Shown here one piece after another: positions 12,876 to 26,400 of a stretch of DNA of 64,000 bases. The notes beneath the pieces were generated by a model. The model was not told the origin of the DNA. It saw nothing but the letters and a program-made list of their open reading frames with translations, and made no database searches. Both the position numbers and the translations under genes were made by a program. Source of the stretch: Moniliella sp. 'wahieum' (taxonomy: Eukaryota); NCBI GenBank assembly GCA_003971905.1, contig RSEE01000035.1, positions 248,001-312,000 on the forward strand, written 5' to 3'. How positions within the stretch are numbered: position 1 is the first letter of the stretch; every line of letters begins with the position of its first letter.

Positions 12876-13215
12876 CGGCACGATAGAAATCCTAACCCCA
12901 CTTCTCTCCTAAGATGACCTCAAAAGGGCCATGGAAACATCATTTCTGTTGTTACGTACATACACCTCACGCGTGACGCGTGACGTAGATGCGGCTGGCT
13001 TCACCGGGATGAATCGATGATCATCGATCACGGATCACCGGTCGTCCGGGCTGAAATGCGATTTGAAACCATGTTGAGGCGCGCTGGCTTAGGTCAGCAT
13101 TGCGGGGACGAAAGCTCCCGTTTCCCCGCATGGGCGATGGGGCAGATCCGATCGGCTTGCGACGCTGGCCTCTTCCCACCTGCTGCCTCACCACTTCGAC
13201 CTCCACCTCGGCACC

Positions 13216-14094
13216 ATGTCCAAGCGCAGCATAGTTTCCAGGCGGGGCGTGCCCTCCAACCTGATCGAACTGCCCCTGCACCTGGCTGTTATGAGCTGGG
13301 GGCTCATTCTCATGGTCATGAGTTCGCACGACATCCGCACGTTTACATGCTTCGCAAGCATCTCTCCGCCACCTCGGCCGCCTCGACGCTCAAGATTGAG
13401 TCCAACGGAATGACCAACATTGATGTGTATGTCCTGTTCTTCTAAATGACGCCTCGTCCACCACTGACCTCTTTATAGCGCTTGGATCGTGGTGGGTGCT
13501 ATGACCATGGTCTGGGGCGTGGCTACTGTCTGTCTGGGTGGCGCGCAGTTCAAGGGACGCAAGGGCAGTTATACCGGCAAGGGAACTGCTCTCTGGGGCC
13601 CGGTGGGTTTGGTTTACTTCCTCGTGTTGATCTTGTGGTTCTCGCTCACGGTGGCCTACACGTACTATGCCGTGGACCAGAAGTACTCGCTGTCGGCGTC
13701 GGGGGTACAGGAACCGCTCAGTGGCCCAATGCAGGTCCTCACCTTCCAGATTGCCCAGTCATTCCGCCAAGGGTATGCGCAACCGCTGTTTATTCCCTCT
13801 TCGCTGCAGCAGCTGGGGATCTCCACCGATACCCTCGGTCCCTGGGGAAATGCAACGACGATCGCCCAGGTCAATTCGCTGGCCCCCAAGTACGAAGAGA
13901 TCCAGTTTTACCGTGCGGAGCTGATCTGCACCTGGTTTGGTTTGGCTACCGTCTTTTCCACTCTGGTTGCGCACTTGGCCTTGCCTGTGCTGTTGAAGAC
14001 ACTGGGTTGGACGCGACAGGAAAAGAAGTTGCGTGAATCCGACGTGGCGTACCCTCGCTTCGAGGATAAGGAGTACTACCCTTACCCTTACTAA
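13216..14094 (+). CDS. Uncharacterised membrane protein, about 4 TM helices (1 intron, 1 probable indel)
   Basis: ACCATG start. Hydrophobic segments LPLHLAVMSWGLILMVM, AWIVVGAMTMVWGVATVCL, GLVYFLVLILWFSLTVAY and LICTWFGLATVFSTLVAHL. Intron 13427-13478. High GC3. Confidence 0.7.
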
Positions 14095-15633
14095 ATGTCT
14101 TCCGACGCGCTCTCTCCTTTTTTCTTTTTTTTGTTCTCGTCGTCTTCATGGTATCTGCCGGCACCTTTATCACCCTCTTTCTCTATTTCTTCGCCCTTAT
14201 CCCCTTTTCTACCTCTTGGGTATCACATCTTCTCTACTTCAGTACCCCCACCCTTCTAGTTGGTTCTGCCCATTCTTTGCCATTCTTCCGGCGGGGGGCG
14301 ATCTGTACTTTTACGCTCTGACACGTTGCTGTCCCCTTGGTACATTCATTGAATTACGTGCCACTGGCGTGGGTGTGTGTCTAGTTGGAGGTCGTACAGA
14401 AACTGATAGCGGCAGCAGTGGGTACATGCCTATTCAGCGGTTTATCACACGGGCAGATACCCAACACATCCGAATTGAAAAATGATGCTTACAGCGGGGA
14501 TTCCAGTCCGCTGGGTAGCTATGCCCAACGGCTTCAGTTGATGGATACTCTCTACAACTGAGTATTGCTCTGAGATCTGATCCCCAGGGTGACACATGTA
14601 TTCCCAATTCGGCAGTGCTTGGAACTTGTGGCTCGGCCTTCCCACAGAGCCTCGTCTCATTTTCACCAGTGTAGAACAGCCCGCCAGGCCTGGGATCTAC
14701 CGTTGGGCGTTGGGCGTTGCGCGTTGGGCGTTCAACTTGAACGCAAAAGCTTCAGGAGGCCTCAGGGCCTCAGACCGACTGGAACACACAACCCCGTTGG
14801 GCGCTGGGCAGGGCCGGCGCGCGGCGTTAGATGAATCATCTCATGATCAGGTCCAGACCTTCGAGAGCTCAGCGATCTCAGCATCTCAGCTGATATTCGC
14901 AGGTCTGCGAAAGACGGTGCTGCTGCCCATGGTGGCCCTGGCTGGTCGGAGGAGGGTGTGCGCAGAAGCTAAAAGGCCACTGGGTGGCCTGGAGGTGGCT
15001 TGCGGCCTCCCCGCGCCTTGCACCCAAGTAGGGTTGGCCGCAACCCCATCGTTTCTTGCTGTGCTGCGACAGACGGGCTGAGGCGTTGAGGCAGACTGAG
15101 GCGCTGTTGAACGTTGAACGTCCCCCTTGAACATTGAAATCCAGCCACTCAGCGCTCAGGCTCCGATTCACACCCTCAGACACGCGCTGGCCGGGGCGGA
15201 GCCGACGGACACGCAAGCCGTCGGCCTCCCCGCACGCAGCGCCATCCCTATTCCATCCAACGGCCATCTGGGAACGTATTGATCGGCCAGCCACCTGGCG
15301 TTAGGCCTTAGGCACATTGGACGTTAGTCCCTCGGCTGTCCCAGACGGCCGCGCGGAGCGCAATGCGATATCCATATTCATCGGAGCTCCCGGCAATGCA
15401 AGTGAGAAAACATGGTCGGCACGATCTACACTCAGTGTACTGCTTCTGCTTCTACGTACCGGCTGTGGCCTGCCCTCGTGCGGCGTTTCTCCCGTCGCCC
15501 CCGCCCTCATCCCTTGGCCCAGATTGCACCTTTCCCTTAGCACCACCGCCAGCGTGTCATGCCTGGCGCTCAGCACAGCCTACCATCTCACTTGGACCAA
15601 CAGCCGCCAGGAGGCATCTACCAGTGGACGTAG

Positions 15634-18563
15634 GTGGGGATACCATACGCGTCGCTCTCTACCGCCTTTGAGGTATCCTCCTCGGTGGAAGCACAAGCCG
15701 AAGCCGACGCAGAGGCGCTGGAGGAGGAAGAGTTGGATATCCGCTCCACTTCCGCTCGCTCATCGGCCTTGCGGATGAGCAACCCGGTGCTGGGTGTGCT
15801 GTCCCAATCTGCGCGCAGCGGGGCGCCCCAGCCGCCCCAGCCGCAACCGGCCTTGAGCCGCACTGCCAAACATCCTACCCACTTGCATACAGTAGTGGAG
15901 TTTTCCCCTCTCCTGTCCCCTTCAACTGCGTCGTTGGAACGTCTGCTTCATCTGTCTCCCACGCATCTCCTGATCCCACCCAGTTTGGGCGGGTGTCCCC
16001 CAAGCCCCCCACCTGGCAGGAAAGGCAACCAGACTCCATTTCCACCTTATTCCCTTGCCACTTTTCCAACCGAACGACAAGTGCCACAACTGAGACGACG
16101 CCTGAGATACGCGCGCCGCGTTCGCTGCAGCTGGACGTGCACGCCCCATCACCGATCCCGTCCCTGCAGCGTCCTGCTTCCACTAAAAAGGAGGGTGTAC
16201 GGCAAGGCGTGCGCGGTCTGCGCTCTACTCACAGCGCCTCGTGCACCTCGAGCGGTGACACGTTTGAAACTGCTCAGCCGCTCTCCAGCCTCACCTCGAC
16301 TCGCAACCACGAGACGCATGATGGGACTGGCGATGACAACCTTGAGACCCTGTGGGAGTGGAGGAGGGGGCAGGGTGCGGACTGCTCGCAGTGTGCCGAG
16401 CGGGAGGCGGATCTGGTGGGGGTGGAGGTGATAGGCCAGCATGTCTGGGCCCGTGCTTCCGACGCTGATTTTCTCGAAGCCTTACATGTCGAAGCAGAGA
16501 TTGAGGGCGGCAGCTACGTTTGTTGGGGGAGGGTTTTGCTTACGCTGCACAGTCTCCCAAATGCAAAATGTTTGCGGGGGGCAAAGTCGCAGTGCACCGT
16601 GTTGCCCCAAGCTATGCCTTGACGTCTGAGAGACTGTCGCAACATTGTCGAATGGTGGTCCCGCTCTCCTAGTATAGCTCCGCGCGTATCCATACTGACG
16701 TTCTTCCTGTTATCAGCTTGATGTGCAAGACAAAACCGGTGGGAATGCTGGTCATGCCGCGCCGGAGCGGCGCCATCACCCCCTCCTCGCGTCGGCCGAC
16801 GACCACCCTCATCCAACTTGTATGAAAGAGACGGCAGCGCACTCGAGCACCACACAAATGCGAGGAGGGGATACGTTTGAAGAGCAAACAGCAGGACGGG
16901 ACGGCTGCAGCTCACATGACACGGGTTCAATCTCGGTCTTTGCTCTGGGCCGTCGTCGTGCGTGGACGTTGAAGCCACGCGCGAGGCCGAGACGAAGCGT
17001 ACGCGACGGTACATGTCTGCCTCGCCAGTTGGTCCAAGCGTCCCTGGTGTAATCACAAGAGACGCCCCCTCGGTCGAACCAGCGATCCACGGGGGAGTCT
17101 GGTTCTCATGCATCCCCCCTCACGCCCGGTTTGGGGAGTACCCGGGTCGCCGCCAACGGACTCCAGATGCTCGCCACGCGCCATCTCGCTCAGTAAAATC
17201 TATACGGAACGGAAAGAGAGCAGGAGGAAGAGGAGATTGCCGATGCTTCTTCTTTACCTCGCACACCATCCCCTCCTTGCACGACCAAGGCCTCGTGCCA
17301 CATCGGATCTCGATCGTGCGCCTGCTTCTCCATGCCAACCCTCTGCTTTGGATCGACGCCCACCTTTGGCCGCATTGCCCTTGTCGCAAGAGGAGCGCAC
17401 AAAAGACCGCCGTTCCCGCTCGGATCCTTTTATGCCTACCATGGTTCGCGAAGGATTGCCAGGACTGCAACACGCTAAAGACCCGTATACGGTTCGCACC
17501 CTCCCCAAGCCGGTTTTGCCACAGGTCGAACCCCCCCATGCTGGCTATGACGAACGACTTGCTTCCACCCTACCCTGTTCTTTTTCGGAGGTGGAACCCC
17601 CCGCGCAAACCGATGGCAGGAGAGGGGAGTGTACCAAGCCTTTCGTCGACCCACTGTGCTCCCTATGTGGTACCAGAGGGAAAAGTGGGGTCAAATCCAA
17701 TCTACCACCGCACGCCATTTAGAACCACCTCTTGTGCCGCAGCCTCCTCGCTGGCATGGCTTCCCCCCCTCCTCTTCCCTTGCACCGACAGGCAGTTCTG
17801 CCCCGCGGGACACGTATGACACGTATGACACGTATGACACGTATGGGTTACCGGGGGACCCGACCACAAGAGTACCTTCGGTCCATGCATTCCATCCCGT
17901 GCCCGTACAGGCCCCAGAGCCTAAGACCTTGCCAGTAGGGTCGAGCGGGCGCTTGCGTCCAGCCCGGTCTCATGGGCAACTGTATCATCCGACCGCGCAT
18001 GAACCCGGCTTGGCAACCATCTATGCCCCAAGTGAGCAACAACAACTGCAGCAGCGGCAACAGCCTTCTCGAGTCCAAACAGCCTTCTCGGACTCGATCT
18101 CAATCTCAGTCTCAGATCCGCCCCCGGGATTCGAGTCTCAACCGATGCGAGACGACTGGGGTGCCGCTCCCACGGTCCGCCCGACCGCTGTGCCACATTG
18201 GTCCGTGGATCAGCTGCATGGAAAGGAAGCAAGAACAAGAACAAGAGCAGAAACAAGAACAAGAACGGATGTAAAGGGGGGTCACCCGAGCGATGAGCAG
18301 ACCGTGATGCACCCTCGGATTGGCCTCTGCACCGTTCTGCTTCAGGTGACGCAGGCTCCTCTCACCCTGTCCCATCATCCGTCCTGGGCACCATGCCACG
18401 ACCTGCATCGATGCTCGCTTCCGTTCACCCCCCCTCTGGACCAACGCTATCGAGTCGTCCTGTGCCCCGAGTAGACACGTGGTCAACCCCGTTCTACCGT
18501 CCTGAAGTGGAGGGTCCGAGCCATGTTGAACCTTGGGATGTGCAGCGCCGTGCCTTGGCCTTC

Positions 18564-18597
<34 letters not shown>

Positions 18598-20070
18598 AAT
18601 GGGCGAGTACGGGGGAGCAGGACACTTTTCTGTCTTCGTTTGAACCATGGGACCAGGGGCCCGAACGGGCTGGGGTCTGGACCGCTGCCGCTTTCCTCTA
18701 GGGGGGAAGAGGGACCGTCTCGCTCTTATGTTCCGTTTCAAGGGAGACGACAAAGCATGCTCGAGTTGCGTTCGGGGGACGAATGTGAGCGAGAGGAGGG
18801 AGGACAAAGGATGAGTGTGCCCGAAAGAGAAAGAAAACACGGTGTGACAAATGGCATCTTGTCGGATGCAGCGCTGCAAGCCGTATCGGACCAGCACAGG
18901 CAGAAACCTCTGACCCCGTTGGAGCTATCGGAGTGGGCGAACAACTTTCTCGCTGAATACTCGCATGCCACCCACCCTTCTCCCCCACCTATCCTTCCAC
19001 CCGGTTTCAACCACGTTGCGACCGAGACGTTCGAACACAACGATGACGGAGGGAGAGGGCCGGGGGGGTACGTGTACCGCCCCTCTACGCGTACGCCCCA
19101 CCCTTTCATCTCCCTCCTCTCCCAAAGGCTGCTCCAGCAGGTCTTAGAGAAAGTGCGATGCAGATGGAAGCGCCCATCTACCCGGAACATGACTATCCCC
19201 AACGGATCTCCCTGACCAGGGGGACGCCTACCCTCGCGCTGCACCCTGTGAAGCACAATGGCCAGCTCCGTCGTACGGCTCCTTCTCTGGCCCGCCCGAA
19301 TGCCAATGCATCCCAACCGCGACTCTGCCCCTCCCCATTTGGGAGCGAACTCAATCGCTCCACCGTCGCGCTTTGAACCGAGTCGGGCGGAATCTTATCC
19401 CTACCCCCCGCCGCTCACCTCTCTTGGTCCGCACAAGGAGCGCAATTGGACCCTCCCATCAATCCTTATGCCACCACCTCTACGCCTGCAGGGGGACCAG
19501 GGGGGCCCGGCGCCGGTGCCGGTGCCGGTGCGCAGTGCGTCCAGGTGGGCTACACAGGACCCCTTCTCTCCCTCCCGCCCCAAACGGATTGGCATGCACC
19601 TCCCCACCCCGATCCTCTTCCACTCGTCCGTCCAGACGGAACCTTCGTTCCTTTGCATCGATGGATCGATTACGTTCGCTAGCCCGTTCCGCGTCGCGTG
19701 CCAAGCCACCTGTCGTGCCCGTGTCGGTACCCCCGCCGCCACCTCCAACCCAACGACCACCGCGGCCCAGTGCATGCTCCGTCGTGCCACCGCAGCCACA
19801 GCAGGCTACAACCGCCCTCCTACCCCGTCCACGTCCACGTGCAAGGTCAACCGGTGCAGGCCCCCATCTACCCGACCCCGCCCGGTCCAGTCATGTCCAT
19901 GTCCATCACCCACAAATCATTCTAGGCATGTGCCTCCGCATCTCCCACCCTTCCCTCCGCTTATCCCTCGGGGAAGGAACGTACTCCCCGGCAGAGAAAG
20001 GGTAGAAGCGCCAACTCTCTCCAAAAAACGGTTCATGGCCTCGCTGTTTCGCAGACGAAGCAAGGCCTAG
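15634..20070 (+). CDS. Long Pro/Ser-rich hypothetical protein (start and exon structure uncertain)
   Basis: Chain of overlapping plus-strand ORFs with coding-like composition and in-frame microsatellites (YDT repeats; CAGGGA repeats). One globular-looking segment at about 16350-16760. Ends ASLFRRRSKA-stop. Confidence 0.4.
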
Positions 20071-21274
20071 TGGAATGATTGGATCTAAGCCGAGAATCGA
20101 GAAACGAGACTCGAGAATCGAGAGGGTTGAGGAGGATCGTATTTCGTTTTTTGCAAGATCCATGTGGAGGCTTTGTCTGTCGACTTTGGTTGGCCCCAGT
20201 GGCTTTGGCTTGTTGGTTAATTGCGCATCAAGACTAGTAACTAGCAAAACTGCGGTAACTGGTGTGACTGTTCGGTCGCGCCTACCCCCTTGACTAGCTT
20301 GACTCCTTTAAAGCTGCTATGCACACCGATACCCCCCTCTTCTGCCCCTCTTGCACTCTCCTTTTCCCCTCCCTCGTGATATATGATGATGCCAGTGTGG
20401 CGATCTGCCATGAAAAAGATGTCACCATGCCCTTTCCTTAACCCGTCGTGCATTTGCTTTTGATGGGTTGTTGATTCGCTCCCGGAGTAGAACGAAGCGA
20501 GCGGCGAAGCCGGAGATGTAGACAGCTTATAACCTTGCTGGGCTGGCCTAGTTACATTGTTTGAGCTGTCGTACCCACAACCCCAGGGTCAAAGGGGCGG
20601 GGGGGGGGGCGGGCAAGGGGTGTATGTCACGTGTATGAACAAAATGTATGAAAAAATGTATGAACAAAATGAACAACATGCATCCAACGTCATCATGCAT
20701 CAACGTCAGCGTTCAACGTACGTTCAAGTTGAACGTTGAGCTGAGTAGAATGGGAGGCGGGGGAGGCGTGTGTCCGCACGGGCTGGTTTGGATGATGGTC
20801 TCGGCGGTGGGGGTCGGTGTGGGGGACGGGTGAGTGCGTGGGCGCAGTGGGGCACACAGGAGACACGGGGCGAGTGTGTAATTCGGCTGGGGCCGAATGC
20901 GGGGCAGTGGAAGAGCAGATGGGGATGGCGATGGATTTAGATTTCCTATTACTACTAGTTGCTACATACTGGCCCCCCCGGAATGTGGGGGCAGAGGCGG
21001 AAGGCCGACTCCCCCGCAGCGGCGCTCGCGGCGTCTGAGTCAGGATGACATCATCGCGCAGGTGTGGCGCTGTGGCTGGGGAACGTCGGAGTGGGAAGCT
21101 GAAGCGGCGGGCGTTCTTCCAGCAGGCTCGCCCCAGATGCGATCCAAGCGGACTCCAGCCCCCGTCTTGAATGGGGACGAGTGGAGCCGGCCAGTGCAAC
21201 GCGTCTGTCTCTGGCCGTCTGGCTGGGCTGCTTCCCACGCGCCTTTTTGTTGCCTCGCTCGCACCGGCCCCCGG

Positions 21275-21282
21275 TATAAATA
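21275..21282 (+). promoter_or_regulatory. TATA box
   Basis: TATAAATA embedded in very GC-rich DNA, about 55 nt upstream of the ATG at 21337. Confidence 0.6.
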
Positions 21283-21336
21283 CCTCCTGTCGCCCGCCCC
21301 TGGCCCGCCCCCGCCCCCCAAACAACCCCCCCCCCC

Positions 21337-21516
21337 ATGAGCGCCTACGTCCTCTGCCCCTCCTGCAACGGCGTCACCCGCCCCACCACGGGCTACTGCG
21401 TCTTCTGCGACGCCAAGCTGGACAACGCCACCCCCGTCAGCCGCCGCCCGCGCGCCGGTCCTCGTCGGTACCACCCCTGCCCCGCCCAGCACCATCCCGC
21501 ACACCATCATCACTAG
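21337..21516 (+). CDS. 59-aa Cys4 zinc-ribbon / His-rich microprotein (below the ORF-track cutoff)
   Basis: MSAYVLCPSCNGVTRPTTGYCVFCDAKLDNATPVSRRPRAGPRRYHPCPAQHHPAHHHH-stop. Nearly all codons end in C/G. TATA box upstream, pyrimidine-rich 3' flank. Confidence 0.6.
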   Translation: MSAYVLCPSCNGVTRPTTGYCVFCDAKLDNATPVSRRPRAGPRRYHPCPAQHHPAHHHH

Positions 21517-23428
21517 CTCTCTTCTCCCTCCGTTCCTCCGTTCCTCTCCCAAGTACCCCCACCCCCCTCGCGCACTCGCCCCTCGCACTCGCACTCGCAC
21601 TCGCATGCGCACGCCCACTCGCTTTATCCTCTCGTACTCGCTCATCTCGCACTCGCATTCCCCTTGTTCCTACCCGCCACGCGCACTAGATACCATCCCA
21701 AGCCTCCACCGCCTGCTCGGCCCCCGTTCCGTCTCTGCTCTGCCATGCCTCGTATTGCATGCACGCAAGCTGGCTTGCGTGCCCGCCGTTCCTGCCCTCC
21801 TCTCACCTTTCACCTTTCACGTCTCCTCTACCTCCTTCTTTCGTCATGTGCCGCCGGGGTCTCCCCGCCCACCCTCACGCCCTGGTAGGGCCCCCTTGGT
21901 ATAGCAGGGTAGGGCCCCTCTGTGGGGGAGATCCCACAGGCCGTGACTGGGGCCAGTATGATTGGTCCCCCCTCATCTTCTGCATTTTTCATTTCATTTG
22001 CATTGCTACCCCTTCAGTACATGCCGAGCAGGATCATGAATCATTGAGTGGGATGTAGCCCGCATGGTCTGAACTATCAGAAGCAGATGAGTGAGAACCG
22101 AGGTAATGAGTTAAGCGAAGAGATGCGAAATGCGCCGGCGGTGTCGACTACACGTGCGGCTTGGTACAATTGGAACAAAAAAAGGTGGGGGCGCCATGTG
22201 TGGGAGTGCGGCGCAAGTCTAGACCAAACCTCTACGTAGGAAAGTGCCAACACTCACCGGTCACCGCAGCCACACGGTGCAGCAGAGACCATTGAGCCAC
22301 AGAAGGATACTCGCCCCAGGCCTGTAAATCGAGGCGGCATTGATGCTTTTGATGGATAGCTGCCTGCCCGGGCTGGTCAGGCCCGGTCAGGGGTCAGGCT
22401 CCCCAAAACGGGTTGCATCTTCCAACACCCTCTACCCTGTAACTTCCAACCTGGGCTGGGTCACAATGAGAACAGGATACATTGTTTTAAGGTATATAAT
22501 TATAGAAACGATCCCGATTCTCAGCTGTTGAACTGAACCATTCACCTGCTGATCGATGCACCTACATACCACTTTGTCCCCCTGCCTCACCTTTTGTTTC
22601 CATAGCTACAGGCATTGTATGATGAAACCGAGACCTGATGGTCGTTGAATCCGAGGGTGATTGATGCAATCGCAAGTGGTGGTAGTGGTTGTAACCTCTA
22701 CTTCTACTAAGCCAGCTAGCCACACCTACATACAGCGGGTCATCAATCAAGTAGCCAGTCGCCACCAGACTGCGGAAGAGGGAAGGCGAAAGGAGAAAAC
22801 AGCCGAGCTTCTAAGCAGGAGGGATTAAAGCGACCTTGGCTACAGGGCGCATGAGCACATGGGCCACCCTGGGGTTCCACACTGCATCTACACCACCCAC
22901 ATCCTACATCCTACTTCCATGAACAGGTATCATGATAGTATGCCCTGTGTGTCCTGTGGTTACTGAGAATGTGGGCCGGACGCGAGCCCAAGCACACCCT
23001 AAAAGTTCACAACCCCAAGACAAAAAAACAAAGACGAAAATGGAGGTGGAGATGAAAATGGAGATGAGAGTGAGAGTGAGAGTGAAATGAAAATGGAGAT
23101 GAAGAATGAGATGGGGATGAAAATGAAAATGAAAATGAAGATGAAGATGAAAAGAAAGAAGATGAAGATACCAAGAAAAGTGGAAGAAAAGGAAAGAGGG
23201 AATAAAGGGGGCATGGATATACAAAAGCAGTGATGCAGAGGCAGGCGGGGCTGGATACGATACCGCCTTGCAGCTGCTTGAAGCTTGAAGGGAGAAGACA
23301 AACAAACGAAGTGAGGGTCCGGGTCCAATACGTCTCCTGGTGGCCCCAGGGAGAGGTGAAAACGGTAACAGCACTCTTCGTGTATCCTGTACCATCCCCG
23401 GCATCCCCGGCAGCACCGCGTCAGCGCG

Positions 23429-26400
23429 TTACCCCACAATGGTCGTGTGGAAGTACCGTCGGGCCTCATCGAGCTGAGCACGCTGGATCGCGTTCCACTC
23501 TTGACGTAGTCGGGGGAGGAAGTCGAGAAGGCGCTGGGAATCCAACCGTTTGACACTGACCTCAAACTCGGCCGAGACGGGGCGGTGGTCCGAGATGGTT
23601 GGGGTCCAAGCGCGGTATGCGAGCGATCCGATTCGACCCCGTTCTCGATCTCGATCTCGATCTCGATCTTGGTCTTTTCGTCCCGAGGCAGCTGGAGCAA
23701 GAGGAGGAAGCGGGCCCACTGGGCCCAGCGCATGTTCCGCCAGTTTATCGTCGATAGTGTCGTGTCCGCGTACCAAAGCGCTAGGGTAAGTCAAAGGAGC
23801 GTCGCACCATAAGATGCGGTCGCACCAGGAGGGCGTGCGTTGTTTAGGGGAGGTATCGTACGTTTTACTGCGGCGGTTGAACTTGTAAGTGGGGGGGAAG
23901 GTGATGGGCGCCTCGGAAAAGACACGAAGGGCAAATCCACTCGTATTGACTTGTTTGGTCAATTGGTCTTCGTCCAAAAGAGCAGTAATGTTACCACTGT
24001 TAATGTACCGCAATGTCTCGCCCCGGGTGGCGTCGATCCGATCTGCAGGAAGGCATGCGCGTCAGTGGCTCTGACCCAACTCAGCGTAGCGCATAGCGCA
24101 GTTCCTCCCCACTCCCAAAAAACCAACCCCCCCAAAAAACCCAAAACAAAAACCAAAGCAACAACCAAACCAACCAGGGAAGAAACATAGAAACCAAAGC
24201 ACGACGTACAGTTCAAATCGCCACTCCAAAAGATAGCTTCGTGGTCCAAAATTTGTTCACCGTCGCCGCCACGGGTAAAGGTCATGGTCCTGCGTAGCCG
24301 GGGGGATCGCACCGTCTTCGGGTGCGGAAAGGGCCGCGGGGGGAACAACTTGGTGGCACTTAAGATTGTAGCAGCATCATTGTTACGCGCTTGGACGTGG
24401 TGTTGGCCCGCAGCCAAATGACAATTGACAAAGCACAAACTGGAATCGTCCACGATCAAACGAGCGGCGACGGCGCCCTTGTTACCGTACCGACCACCAA
24501 ACAGGCCAGTCTTGACGGTTCCGACGGCAGCTTCGCGGATCCGTCCCGCCTCCACCTCGCGTGACGAAACAAAGAGGCACGTCATTAGACCTACTAGCAA
24601 CTCGCTCTCCACCAACTCGTACGCGCCCGTACCAAACGTATCGTCGACGGCGCCTTGCAATTTACTCCGCCAAGCTGCGTACTGGGTCGAGATGCGTTCG
24701 CCCAACTCGTTACCGATTTTCTTTTTGCTTAGGAGGAGGCTGCGCGCCGTCAAGCGCTTGTCTTCCAAATCAATCAGTTCTTGTAGGCCAAACACGAGGA
24801 TCTCAGGCCCGATCAGTTTGGACGTTGGACCCCTCGACACGGGCGGTGCGCGCGCTGCACTGCGCAGCAACTCAGATAAAAATGATCCGTTCGTCCCGCT
24901 CTCCAACTCGCTCGGATCGGCAGCATCAATGTTGTAGGTGACCTGAAGGGTACGAATGGTACGGCGGGTAGTCAAGTCAGATGCAGCACGTTGCAATCGA
25001 CGTTCAAACCAGTCGTGGGTTAACAACCCATCCCAAATCCGTACCGCCCCATCCAACCCACCACTGACCACTTGCAAACGGCCATGAGCGACACTGTCGG
25101 CGTCGGTGACCAAGGTGCTGACGGCGCCCGCATGCGCAGGCCACGCTTTGATCAGCACCAACCGTGATCCTTTACCCTTGCGCGGTCCGTCGCCCAAACC
25201 AAACACGAGCATCGTCCCACCTTTGGTGCCGGCCCAGAGGTACCGTCCTGCAGCGGTCATGCACAAGATGGGTTCGAGCGATTGGTGGTACACGCCAACA
25301 CACTGATGGGTTTTACGTGACCATTCAGAAATCTGTGGGTTTGGAGGGAAAGTTAGTGTGCTGCTGCCGTGTCTCGAGCGCAAATCCACGCCGCTCATGA
25401 CGACGAAAGGAAAACAGAAAGAAAAGGAGAGGAAGAAAGAAAGAGACGTACATGACCACTCACATGGGAGAGAAAGACGGAGCCTGTCGAAGCCGGCACG
25501 ATCGCCGCATCCGTCACGCCGCCCACGGGGGTGGTGGAAAACTGTGGGGGCAACGTGGGGGGAAGCATGGTAGCGACAAACGGTCGATCGTCAGCGAACG
25601 GATTGTACATCTGCACGCGTACCGATTTGTGAAACTCTTCCCCCGATCCAGGTTCCACCGCTGTTCCCGTAGCGGTTGCCGCTACGCCCGCTGCGACGCG
25701 CACGCTGCGTCGAATGGAACGATGTATGTGCCCATGTTTCTTTGATCCGGCCGGGACTGGCTGGGAGGAGGAGAAAGAGGAGACACCGCCCGAGGCGACC
25801 CAGAGTTGGTCCCCGACCAAGAGCGGTACCGACTTGCCCTCGACCGAGACACGGTGGGTAATGGCTTTGGTGCCCAACAGGCCCGGGGTGTCATCGGGAT
25901 CGGACAAAACGCTAGCGCTAAAGGAAGGGCGAGAGACCGGGTCCGAGGATGGGATGGCGAGGGACACTGTACTTTCACCAGCGCCTGAGCCCAGTGATGG
26001 ACCTGTCCCCGCGTTCCCGCCGGCTGCGCCAGGACCTCGTGCATCCGTCGACAAAGAACTCTTGGTCTGGTTGGAAGGTGTCCAGACCGAAATCTTGCCG
26101 CCTTCATCGACGATGCACATTTGACGGCCCAAGCGGGCAATGTGGAGAATAGCTTGTTTGTGAACCAAGCGATTGACTGCGACCCTGGTTTCCCGTACCA
26201 CATCCAACTCCCATACGATCCCGCTCGCCGTGCCAACCCAGGCAAATCGTCCTGTCTCGCCCTCGTCACTTTCCAAAAAACACAGCGCCGTCACACGGCC
26301 CGGTGCGCCCGGCGTGTCCGCGACGGTGGCTACCTTTTCGGTACCTTGAGATTCGGGGGGGCAGGCGCTTCCGTAAGTCCCGCCACCTCAGCACGGACGG

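Noticed and set aside
15301..15620. Minus-strand ARHD..DRAD..MDI pattern resembling a second RLE endonuclease
   Set aside because: The motifs are short, no zinc knuckle or KY motif was found, and the region plausibly is the 5' part of the plus-strand gene.
22904..23416. His/Phe/Ile-rich ORFs on the minus strand
   Set aside because: Translation of hexamer-like (TTCATT/TTCATC) low-complexity repeats in the phosphatase 3' flank.
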